Origin: Podarcis melisellensis
Taxonomy: Eukaryota
Direction: 5' to 3' (one strand)
Length of the DNA stretch: 64,000 nucleotides
NCBI GenBank assembly: GCA_964234715.1
Contig: OZ174277.1
The translations under genes and the position numbers were made by a program. Shown one piece after another: positions 11,017 through 22,674 of this stretch (its first letter is position 1; each line of letters begins with the position of its first letter). Under the pieces are notes generated by a model that saw only the letters and a list, made by a program, of their open reading frames with translations, made no database searches and had not been told where the DNA came from.

Positions 11017-13959
11017 GCGCCTGTTGATATATGAGGATGTGGGTGCAAATGTAGACTGGCCACATCTCCTTTCAGCCACACTCACCACTGGCATGCAGCC
11101 CCTGGAGGGTTAGTCAAGGGTGAATGCAACCCCAGGTCAAATCAATACGACAACATGTTGATAAGGATATATCTTCCTATCCCACCCTATTGCCTTGAGA
11201 TGCTCACCAGTTACCCTTTTTTCCTGCAGACCTGCACTGAATCTTCCAGCTGTGATTTACCTCTGCAGTGGGAAACCCATACCTACCAAAATCACTTAGC
11301 CCCATCCATTTAACAGGGCACAGTAGAACTTTTTTTATTAAAATGCTGTTTGTGAAACCAGTGCCAATTAATTCCCACTGAATCTGCTATCAGCTTATCT
11401 TGCGCTATAGGTTGGAAGGGATGCCACAATACTGTTCCAAACTGGGGCAGTGAAGATGAATTTTATATGGCCTTTGATTAGCCAGGTAGTACAAGACCCT
11501 TCTCTACTTGTGTGCCTCACATGCTCCACATTTCCCTAGGGATATTAGCAAAACTTCATCACAGCATATAGCTGTGAGATTGTTTGGGATAGTTGTTGAC
11601 TGAGTGAATGTGTCTGAATTTCAAGATGATTCACAGAAAACAGAGTAATATTTTATCACCCATTATAATGAAGAACCTGTGACTAACCAAGCAACTTTTA
11701 GAATCAGTGAGAAAGACCTGCACAGTTCACATGAAAGGTTTAGTGTTCTTGAGTTATGGGAACTTATTGCACATTCAAGTCTCTTGTGTGCATTTTAGAA
11801 AACGTCTATAATCTTTTTAGCCTGGTGTTGGCAGGCAATAATGTCACAGGCTTAGTGCTGGCAGTGTAGCAATAGGTCTGCATAAATCACTGTGGCTATG
11901 GCAAGCAAAATATTAAGGACCCTGCCCACCCAAATTCAGAACCAGAATTCTTTCAAATATTATAATAAAGTAATATGTTTGTGCAGATGGTATGGGGAGG
12001 AGTTCCTTTGCAAAGATGTGATGTCCAAAATCCATAGGAAGGTTCTTGATGGGTTAACGAGATTCTAGTGTAGAGGTTAGGCAGAGGGATGTTGTTCTGT
12101 GAACGGTGAAATCAGCCTTGAAAGAAACTTGGCAAAAGGTCTTAGGCCCTCGATTAATTAAAGTTGTGCTTGTTGTTCTGGTAAACGGCACACAGTTGGG
12201 ATTTGCTGTTTGCATAATTTACTCTTACTGTGCTGGCTGACTCTCAGTGCAGCCTCATGTGGGTTTAGTCAAGAATTGCATTTTTTTGCTTCTGAAGTAT
12301 CATGAAGTTTGAGTAATTAATACATTCAGAAAATCTGAGCTCTAAAATAAGAGAGATTCAATGACCACTCAGACTGACATAGTCCTATAGGGCCTCACAA
12401 GTATAAAATATAGTTGACTTCATTCTATTTCCATGGTTAGTCATAATTCCTAAAGGAAGTCTTTATTGCTGTGTTGTATATTTTGCAGTAAAATTTTCAA
12501 ACCATGTAAGTACTCTTACAGTTATGCCACAGAAGTACTGTAAGCACACTCAGTGTTTACTCTCCAGGGGCAGAAATGTGCAAGTAACAACGTGAAGAAG
12601 AAGAAAACGTAGTTCTGAAAATATTTGTGAAAACATGCCCTATTTATTTGTCATGTTTTATCCTACCCATTCTCCAGTCAGGAGCACAGAGTGGCTAACA
12701 ACACTGATACAATCATAAAACCACTATTAAACTCAAACTCATCAAATCAACAACAACAAACATGTGTAGTACCACTGCAGTCAATATTAATTTCAGCTAC
12801 AATACAAAGGCCTGGACAACTAAAGATGTTTTTAGACTTTGGTTGGATGTTTCAACTGCAAGATAATGGCTTTGGCATGTGACAACTACAACAAACTTTA
12901 TGAAACTATTCACTCAAAACCATCCACTAGCAAGAGGGATGCACACATATCTGTCTATTGATTGGAGGCTGACTGGTTCAGTGAATGCCTCCACCTGACT
13001 TACTTCCTGCTCTCTCCATTGTCTCAGTAGCTAATGAAGATTCCATGGCATTCTCCTTCTTTTCAATCCACAACAGGCTCCAACTCCAGCAGTCAAACCT
13101 CAGGTGTACTCCTCAATACACTCTTCCATCAATTCCTTAAAAGTGTCAGAGGGCACAGTGTGGTAAGTTTAGTGTGCCATAATGAGAATGATTTGAACCA
13201 AAGTAAAAGGGGAAAAAAGAAAAAGAATGGCTTCAACCTATATATATATTTATTTTTATTGTATTTATCAAGTGAGGTCTTGAATAGTAGTTGGGACCTA
13301 TGAGATTTCTAGCATCTGTCTGACTGCTGTGTTGATGCTCTGTCTTTCCTTGGGCATTGTCAGTGCTTTGGCAGGCATCTCAGAACTGCAAGATAATTCT
13401 CCACTATGAACAAGAGTAGGGGTAGCCTGTCCTGCTTCACCACCTGAGGTGAAACAAGAAGATGCTGCGCACACACACTGCACCAAAGCCTCAATTATCT
13501 AGGTGGTGCAAGAACAGTGTCTGGGTTCCAGGAAGATCTCATAAGAGGTCCATGAGATCTCACCGGATTCTGGAAGCCACCACCACATTCATTTCTTGTT
13601 GCTACTTCAGCAGCAGCAATGGCAGGTGGGGTGCCATGGCTACAGTGGTTGTGGCTGCTAGCGTTGAGATCTAGCAGGAGCCTATTGAGATCTTGCTGGA
13701 AGCCACAGCTGCTGCTTCTTGCTTCTCCAGTTGCTGGTGGGGTAGGCAGGGCACCCATGGCAGCAGAGAAGAAGCAGCAGCAGCTTCTGGTGAGATCTCA
13801 TGACAGGACTGCAAGAGATCTTGCTGGAACATGGAAGCTGCTACTGCAGCCACTTCTTCTGTGGTGGCAGTGCATGGGACACTGCCTCATGGAGTCCGCC
13901 ACCCAAGGCAGCTGCCTCAGTTTGCCACATGGATAGGTTGGCCCTGCACAGAAGGTTCA

Positions 13960-14087
13960 NNNNNNNNNNNNNNNNNNNNNNNNNNNNNNNNNNNNNNNNN
14001 NNNNNNNNNNNNNNNNNNNNNNNNNNNNNNNNNNNNNNNNNNNNNNNNNNNNNNNNNNNNNNNNNNNNNNNNNNNNNNNNNNNNNNN
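13960..14087. other. Assembly gap (128 N)
   Basis: Run of N. Confidence 1.
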
Positions 14088-14409
14088 CTAGGAATCAGCA
14101 GAACCTCTCCAGAAAGTTTGGCAGAGCTAATCATGGGTTGCTCTGTTCTTACAAGCCCACAGCCCAGTATGGAATTATTGGATTTCAAAATGAATTCTGC
14201 AATTCACACTGAGTATGCATGGAAAGTTTAATGCCACATGTCTCCAGGCCAAAGAAAACCTAGGCTCAGAGAACTGCCTTGCGGCACTGAACTGATTCTC
14301 AATATACCAGAAAACTAGACACAGGTGAACCTGGCAACTGAAAGACATAGGCCCCGAACATCCCTAGGCTCAGTTACACTTTGCCTCACTAATGTATAGG
14401 CCTTTAGCA

Positions 14410-14622
14410 TAACACTGATGGCATACCAGGACAGGGGAGACCCAGGTTAACATTCTTGCTCAGCTTGGAAACTCACTTCCTTGGACCAGTAACTATCTCC
14501 CAGCACGACGTACATCATAGGGCTGTTGTGAGGATAAGATGGGGAAGGGGGAGAGGGAGTATGCCCCCTGGAGATCCTAAGAGGAAAGGTGGGGTATAAA
14601 TGTAATTATGAATAAATAAATA
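14410..14622 (+). mobile_element. Old MIR/CORE-like SINE
   Basis: GGAGACCCAGGTT B-box-like motif, core AGGGCTGTTGTGAGGATAA, (AATA)n tail. Confidence 0.6.
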
Positions 14623-15889
14623 CTGGCAGACCTGTGAGGACATGGCAGTACTCCATAATTGTGAGGCAGTCTATAGGAACAGCTCTCTCCATTTGTGTGG
14701 TTCTAACCTGTCATGCAAATGGTTTATTGCTAAAAGGTATAAGATTAATGGAGTCCTCTTTGATTTCCTTCATACCTTTCACCTTTTACTGCTATAAAAC
14801 AGATTATGTGAATACAGGCAAGCAAAGAAGTAAAAGAATGCCTTAACCCAGTTATAGAAATGAGCAGTAAAACAACCTAATGTATGAAAAGAGAGGCCAT
14901 AAAAGGAATATATCAGTAGAAAATATTAATTTTCTGTACAGCATAAATCATGATTTACAGCACAGTTTTTGAAAATAGACGTTAGTCACTGGGTTGTTTT
15001 AACAGGTTAACATATTTTATATGACTTCTGGATCTCTCTTTAATAAGGAGGGGAGAAGTCTTAATACACGAACCTTGAGATTACTACGTTGTCATAAAAC
15101 AAGGTGATTCTGCTTGTTTGAAATAAATTATTCTCAGAAAGTCATTCCCAAGGCAAGAAAAGTGCTATTGCTATTGATTTCTCTCTTTATATACTTTTTG
15201 CCCCCATTTCCATAGGTCACCTGCTCAGACAGGAATTTCACTTGCATATAAAGTGACGGATGTTGTGGCGACATTCACAACCAATTTTCATAAAATACTT
15301 GTCAATGTTTTTCACTTGCAACACAGGAGCAGATGGTAATGCAGACTGCTTTACCAGCTTTTTATTTTTTGCATTTACGAGGTTTCAGGTTAAGTCACTG
15401 CCATTTCCACTTGAAGGCTTTTGGGTAGCTGGCTTCAGAAGGACCTTTGCCTGGGACCCTTCCCCAGACAGCTGTTGATAGTCCTGATCTTGATGGACCA
15501 TTGGTCTGAATCCTATAAAGCAGCTTTTTATAGCCTTGGGAGAAGTATTATAAATGTGTCAATGAGTTTTGAACTTTCCCCATTGTTTCCTTGTGAGAAA
15601 TATGGCTCTAAGGCCCAGCTGTACTTGGAAGAGAAGTAAAGGGGAGGAAATGTTGTTTTCCACCAAAGAAAATGGATTCAGGTGATCCTAAATCAGTGCT
15701 GAAATACCTGCTAAAATGTATGTACATTAATCATGAAAGATCTTCACATTGATATTACCACCAGTAAGAGGTTTTGTTAGTGTTTTTGTTTATTTGGGCT
15801 ATACTGAATCAACTTTTGAAGTATATCCATGTAGATGGCCCTCCTAGTTGCTCCCAAAAACACACACAAAAAAACCAACAACAAAAAAC

Positions 15890-16080
15890 CAAGCTGAACA
15901 TTGACAGATTCTGGATAGATAGAAGAATGAATTTCTTTATGCACTGCATAGTTAAGCTATGGAGCTTACTCTCAGAGGATGCCTCCTCTGAGACTAAGCT
16001 CCATAGCTTAGTGGCCACCAAGTGGGGGGATTTTAAAAAGAGCACAAATTCATGGATGATAGGTCTATAAATGGCTACTA
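15890..16080 (+). mobile_element. Old CR1 LINE 3' fragment containing a fold-back duplication
   Basis: CR1 ORF2-end-like sequence (..CATAGTTAAGCTATGG..GTGGCCACC..ACAAATTCATGGATGATAGGTCTATAAATGGCTACTA). Confidence 0.6.
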
Positions 16081-16120
16081 TATACAGTATTTATTCATTT
16101 AATAAAATTCATACATACTG

Positions 16121-16339
16121 GCAGGGGCGGCCCATCCCATTTCACAATCTGAGGCGAAACAAGAATGTGCTGTCCTTTCCTCCTCACCGCCACACCCTCT
16201 TTTGCTGCTGGGAACATCCTAGCGGCTGGTAAGGAAGGCACTTCCTCAATTATCGGGGTCTGGGAAAGTCACATGAGGGCCCTGGGAATCTCTCAAGGCC
16301 CTTCCACGACATTCCCAAACCCCAATAAGCAGCTTTCTA

Positions 16340-16370
<31 letters not shown>

Positions 16371-16610
16371 GAGGTTCTGGGATATAACCTCTAGAAAGTT
16401 CCAGAGGTCACAAAACAATGCAACTTGATTTTTGTGTGCTTCATTATGTGGGGACTACAGTGGTGTGTATTGGGGGTTGTGTTTAGATGTCTAGATTTGT
16501 ACTTTTCCCAGATAAAGCAAAGCTTATTCCACACCATCACCTCCATCTCACTGCACTGGCAGGGGGAGAAGGTGCCATTGTGGGGCTCGCCTCAAGTGCC
16601 TGGCCCTAGA
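16121..16610. mobile_element. Probable degraded hAT-type MITE containing (TG)n at 16342-16369
   Basis: Starts CAGGGGCGGCCC; subterminal inverted motifs TGAGGCGA / TCGCCTCA; no clean TSD. Confidence 0.4.
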
Positions 16611-17811
16611 CACTTTTTATCTGCTGTTTTAAATCTTCCTGGATAAATGGAATTAAAATGACTAATCCCAGCACCGCTAGAAGTTTTGAGCATGCTGGGA
16701 AACCTGTTTTGTTGCTGGGGAGCTCCTGAATGAGTTGGAGCTTTCAGAAAATTTTTAGGAAAAGCCCAAACCAAAATTGACAGATTTTTCTAGCTTTACT
16801 TTGTATTATTGTTACGGACCAATTGCTAGGAAGGTGTACAATCACATTATGTATATAAACAAGTCTGGTGAAAATATGCAAATCTAATTTTATTAGTTGG
16901 TACAAGAGCCAAGTGTCAACTAGGTTTACTATCAAACTGCTCACCGGGCTTCACCTTTTATCACATTAATAGGACACATCAGGATGTCACTGCAGTTTAA
17001 ATACATTTACTGAACCCAAAATGAATTTCCCTGATCTTTAAATGTATATAAAGTTTTCCCTGCTCAGCAAAAGAGTAAAATGTATGCCTGTTGTGAGCAG
17101 TTGTATGAATGCACATACCTATTTGTAGACTTAGGGTTATTATAGCATTAGTTTTATTTAGGAATTTCTGTGGTTATCATAGCTTTAGCTTCATTTAAGA
17201 ACTATTGCTGGTTTTTCTTCTTAGCTAGCTCATCTACACATTTCTGCTTCACTTCTTACAGAAATCACCTCAAATGACATGAGCTTTAAAAAATACATTT
17301 ATCTATTTATAGCATGGAAAGATTGCAGATGCTCTCTTGGCAGCCACATTCTGAGTGTGAATGAATGCTATTTTATGGACACAGAAGTGTTGGTGGCCCG
17401 AAAAAGAGCTTCTAGTCAAAACCCAGTCCAACTTTTACTTTATGCTTCACCAAGATGCCTAAGATAAAAGTAAGGAAAGTTTTGAATAATGGAAGTATGT
17501 GCTTTTGCTTGCCTCTGCTTTTTGAAAGCTTGTAAAATTACTTTCAAGGATATGATCCTAAGCTGATCTACCTTATATTATAAGTTTGTAGTTGATGCTG
17601 TCAAAAGATCATCTGCTATCAAATTTGCAGTTATGGGTACTGTGGTGAGCACAATGTATACCTGACCTATGTACTTTAATATGGCAAATGGCCTTTGAAA
17701 GACATACTAATAGTAGAGTACGACTTCACAGCTCTGCATGACTTTCCAGAGCAGCGTCAACAACAAAATGAAAATTTCCATTGCTCCAGTAACATTTCTG
17801 GGTCTCTGAGG

Positions 17812-17900
17812 CATGCAGCCTATCCTACTGCATGTCTACTCAGAAGTAAGTCCCCCTGTGTCCAATGGAACACCCTCTCATGTAAGTATTCATAGGATTG
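17812..17900. repeat. Short imperfect palindromic interspersed repeat (MITE-derived); related copies near 51197-51282, 53006-53083 and 54760-54810
   Basis: Shared motif CAATCCTA..CTACTCAGAAGTAAGTCC..GTAAGT..TAGGATTG, degenerate in each copy. Confidence 0.55.
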
Positions 17901-18676
17901 TGTGCACAGTCACATTTTTTTCAAATATTAATTCTGTGGACAAAATCTAGCACAGAGTTATATGAATTTGATTTTGATGAGACTTCAAGTCCACATAATT
18001 ATGCAATGGATTGTGGCCGGAGACTTTAATTAAATTACCAAGTGCCTTCTGCTCTGCCAAATTATGATAGATGAGCATCCGTAATATTTTGAATATTAGT
18101 TAACTTACAGTGATGCATACTTAATTATATCAGGTTCCCCCCTCTCAAACTGTAGCAGTTAAAAAAGGTATAGAGAGCAGCATGTTTTCAGACTTGACAT
18201 AAAACCTTTCACCATAAAACCAGGAGCTCTGATTTCATGCTACTTTAAAGTAACTTTGAAGTAATGAAAAAGCTATTTTCCAGCAATTGCTTCAAGGGCT
18301 CCTGTAATAATGTTTTTCACAGAGGACCCATATTTTTATTAAACAAGATAGGAGGGAGCATTTTCAAAGTTTTATTGGCATTTCTCTCCCTCTTTTCCTC
18401 TCTCTCTCACTTTATTTGTTAGCACACATTTTAAGCAGTTACTAATTTCTTATTGAATATTCTATTTCATTGTTTTAGTAATTTAGCTGATTTCAAGGTC
18501 CATATAACAAGCACTTAAATTAGGATGATGCTTCTGTAGGTTGAGCATGTAATCCACAAATCACATGAATACTGCAATGAGCCTCTTGCATATGTAAATC
18601 GAGATTTTGTGGGATTGCAACCACATGGGGAAATAAGAATGTAAGACAGAAAGATTGAGAGACTGAGTCACATTTA

Positions 18677-18917
18677 CAGTGGTACCTTGGGTTAAGTACT
18701 TAATTCGTTCCGGAGGTCCGTTCTTAACCTGAAACTGTTCTTAACCTGAAGCACCACTTTAGCTAATGGGGCCTCCTGCTGCTGCCGCGCCACTGGAACA
18801 CGATTTCTGTTCTCATCCTGAAGCAAAGTTCTTAACCAGAGGTAATATTCTGAGTTAGCAGAGTCTGTAACCTGAAGCATATGTAACCTGAAACATCTGT
18901 AACCCAAGGTACCACTG
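18677..18917. mobile_element. Tc1/mariner MITE, ~240-bp family
   Basis: TIRs CAGTGGTACCTTGGGTTA / TAACCCAAGGTACCACTG, TA TSD; opposite orientation to the copies at 25703 and 26438. Confidence 0.92.
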
Positions 18918-19141
18918 TATGAATTTAACACTACGCATTGGTAGCAGGGAACCATGGTGTGGGATATTAACTGCGCAAAGCAAACTGGGTGAGCCAATCC
19001 TATCAAGGGTGAGGGATAGCATTTTAACTAACCCTTCCCTTAAGCCCACCCTTTCAAGCAAGTGGGAAGCATTCCAGGCAAGTGTTTCAAGTTGGCCTCA
19101 AAGGTGCTCCATATCCTACCCCACAGCCTTGAAAGGAACAT

Positions 19142-19724
19142 AAGGTGCTGGTTTTGACCTTTAAAGCCCATTGTGGCTTAGGGCCCTCGTATTTACGGGA
19201 CCGCCTCTCCTGGTATGCCCCACAGAGGACATTAAGGTCCATGAATAATCATAGTTTAGAGGTCCCAGGCCCTATGGAAGTCAGATTATCCTCTACCAGG
19301 GCCAGGGCCTTCTCAGTGATGGCTCCAACCTGGTGGAATGCTCTGTCCCATGAGACCAGGGCCCTGCAGGATTTAACTTCCTTCCGCAGGGCCTGTAAGA
19401 CAGAACTATTCCGCCTGGCTTTCAATTTGAACTTAGCCTGATCTTTTATTTGCCTTCCTTCCCTCCCCCTCCCCTTTTATGAAGATTACCTCTCTGGGAT
19501 CCAACAGCTAATTCTCCCCTGGTCTCCTCGCTGGCCCAATAGGACTAATTTAGCTAGCTAGCCCTGGTGATCATCTAATGTTTATTGGATGGATTTTCAC
19601 CCTAAATTGATTTTTGAATTCTGAATTTATTGTTATTCATGTTTTATACTGTATTTTATGCTGGTTTTTGTTGCATCAATTCAGTGTTTTAAATTTGTTG
19701 TTAGCCGCCCTGAGCCTGGTTTTC
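19142..19724 (+). mobile_element. L2 LINE 3' fragment (ORF2 end and 3' UTR)
   Basis: ORF 19145-19441 'VLTFKA..GPSYLRDRL..RAFSV.AP.WWN.L..FRRACKT.LF' is an L2 C-terminus; T-rich UTR ending GTTAGCCGCCCTGAG. Confidence 0.88.
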
Positions 19725-21219
19725 TCAATCAATTAACCTATTTAGCAGCAACCGACCATTAAGGACATTAGCTGCAAAACCAGTACAGAGTAGGCAAAAA
19801 GAAAAAAAGAAAAAATAGCCAGCAATCAGCTGACATGCAAAAAATAAAATAAAATAATCCTGTGTGCCCAAAAATGTCAACCTGTACTGAATAAAGAGCA
19901 GGAGGGTGGATGCCAGGAATCCAAAGAAGGCTGAGGGAAAGGCAGGGTGGGTTTACATCTCGCCCTGCCCCTCCAAGTGCTGGTGCAAGATGAGAGGCAA
20001 GATGCCAAATATCCTTTCCCTAAGCATCTGCCTAAACAATCTGCAAACACCTTATACACAGAGGTTTCCCCCATAAATACATATATTTAACTATCTTATA
20101 TCACCACTTCCATTTTTTCTGCATACTTTTATGGGTGTGTGGGTGTGTGTTACAATATTGCTGTTTTCTAAAAAGCTATCAGACTTGCTTTATATGTTCT
20201 GATGTATGAAAGGCAAAAAAAGTTCAGTAACCCCAGCAGAAAGATGCAAATAATGTAATGCACAGCTAAACTGCAAGGCTTCGCTTGCAGCTATTGAAAG
20301 CTTAAAACTTACAAATGCAATTGCATCCTAAGCATCCTGAGCCTACAATTGAATGCATCAATGAATTCTTGCATATTTGCAATGAAAACACAAGTCTACC
20401 TGAGTCATTTCCCCTCTTCTTTGGTTTTTTTTTTTTGCAGTAGATCTCTGTGCAATTAAAACATCGAAATCCCTGCTGAACTGCTGATGGACAGGAGAGG
20501 ACCCAGAGGGCCATGTGCCAAAAAAATTGATTGCTATTAATCATTAATGTGCCTATTTCCCCCTTTTGGCTTAAATCATTTTAAGAGGTTTTTCATTTTA
20601 AAGTAGGCAAGAATATTACCAAAAGCTCTCACTACACAGAAACCCTTTCAAATCCATACTGTTTTCTAGAAGAGTTTATGCTAATTAGTAGCTGCTTTCA
20701 TGGAATGATTCACTAACTAATTAAGCAGGTATCTGTGCAAAAAGTTATTTAGGCATATGTTTAATCAAAATCAATGAGAATTAAGTGTGGATAACCATGT
20801 GCAGCAGCATTGATTGGTTTCCTCCCACTGACCTCGAGGCTTACCAGTAATTAATCTTTTGGTTAATATCATCTTTTCCCCCTGGTTGTGTGTACACTAG
20901 CCACCCATATTGCTTAGGAAGGACAAAATATAAAGTAAACTTTTGACTTATATTTCATGCTTGCTGAGTATGTTACAAAGCACCACATTCAATTTCTCAT
21001 CTGGTTGCCTTTTCACACCGATGCACAAAGCACCTTAAGACAGGAGAGCTGTGTTCAACATGTGGCATGCACTACAGATTCTCAACGGCAAGAGCGGTCC
21101 AAGTAGTTACTGGTTGCCAGTGTGGTACAGTATAATTTGACAGGCATATCTGCAACTTTCTATCTGTGTGGTTCTTCTGGAACGCCTCCCAGATTGCCAC
21201 TGCCTTCATTAGCCCCAGG

Positions 21220-21382
21220 GTATGGTCTAAAGTCATACAAGGCCACCACCTTGCTGATGCCTCCAGGTCTGGATCTGGTTAGTGCCTAAATGGGTGACAG
21301 GCAGGAGCGGAAACCACAAGTAAGCCTCAGTGAATTCCATGATGGAAGAACAATGGACTATAAATATAATAAAATAAATAAA
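21220..21382 (+). mobile_element. Degenerate 5S rRNA-derived SINE (SINE3-like)
   Basis: AGGTCTGGATCTGGTTAGTGCCTAAATGGGTGAC resembles 5S GGGTCGGGCCTGGTTAGTACTTGGATGGGAGAC; (AAAT)n tail. Confidence 0.45.
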
Positions 21383-21946
21383 TTTTGGGCAACAGAATAT
21401 ATTGAGATAGCCCTGACATTACATCTACATCAGAGAAAATAAGGACTGAATTTAGTTACTAATGGGTTTCCTAATCCTGAGCTTAAGGTATAATATCTCC
21501 TGGCCAAACAGTATTTAACCACACAAACATTATGACATTCCACTCATCAAAACATAGGTTTGCTTGTACTAAGAAAAAACAGGAACTATTCTATAGAGAC
21601 CTAATTTGTATAAATTACATTATTAGCACAAAAGGGGTATATTTATAACTAGGCAGTTAACACCATCCCTCTAACCTATCAGGTTTAAATTAACAGTCGT
21701 GGCATAACATGTATCCATGATACATCAATGGGTTAAGAAATCTGAGTAAAATGGTAACCCTTATGATTAGTTAAACATACATGTTAATAACCATAAAAAT
21801 ATGGCACCAAAGAAGCAGCCTGAATTAGACCTTTCAAAACACTTGTCATTAAAAGATGGATTGTTGAAACTTCAGACAGGTTAAACGTACACTGTGTTTT
21901 GAGTGAAATAATTATCTTTCCAGGGTTGCAATTACTAGAGTGCTTA

Positions 21947-21960
21947 GTTGCCATGGGAAC
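21947..21960. promoter_or_regulatory. RFX X-box motif
   Basis: GTTGCCATGGGAAC matches GTTNCCATGGNAAC in unique sequence. Confidence 0.5.
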
Positions 21961-22620
21961 CAGGCAACATATAGATGTTGTCAGATGAAGACATCAAGGG
22001 GCAGACAGTGGATTTTCAAATCACTACATGCCAAGTGTCAGCTGTCATACATTGCAGTGTTCAATTTTTAAGAAGGCATGGGGAAAATGAAAAGAGAGAG
22101 AGATTAGCATTTCAAAACAATGTATTAATAGCATTAATACTGTAACTCTTTATCCCACATACCACAGAAACAGGATCTGTACCTGAATTTTCTTTTTCTC
22201 ACTTTCTCTCTTGGTTAATGCTTATCAAACACATGGAGGAATACAAGGAATTAAGGGCACAATGTCAGCCTTAATTCTGGACTTGCTTTGCTTTCCCTAC
22301 AACTTTAATCCTACCTATTTTTCTGTGTTAAAATGTCCTGCAGTCTTGGGCTTTGATGCTTTTAGTGCGATGCCCCTGTTGACCTGTTCCCCACTTCCTT
22401 TCAAGCAAGTAAAAGACATAATAGGTCTTACAATCTGTCTGTAACAACAAGAACAAGGACCTGTGCTGAGAATGCTCCCTTGGTATGAAGGCTGCAAATG
22501 CTTCCAACTGCGATCTGTGTGTAAAGGATAAAAACAGGCTGACAATCCGATGTTAATACAACCTTTAGCTCACCTTCAACGTAAGATATTTTATGACTAA
22601 TTTTGATATATAGCTTCATT

Positions 22621-22674
22621 TAACCAACATGGTAATGAAAGGTTCTCTAACCAACAGGATAATGAAAGGTTTTC
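22621..22674. repeat. 27-bp tandem duplication
   Basis: TAACCAACATGGTAATGAAAGGTTCTC / TAACCAACAGGATAATGAAAGGTTTTC. Confidence 0.85.

Noticed and set aside
10797-11094. RE-repeat proteins
   Set aside because: Translations of the (CT)n microsatellite
13800-14231. ORFs spanning the N run
   Set aside because: Artefacts of the assembly gap
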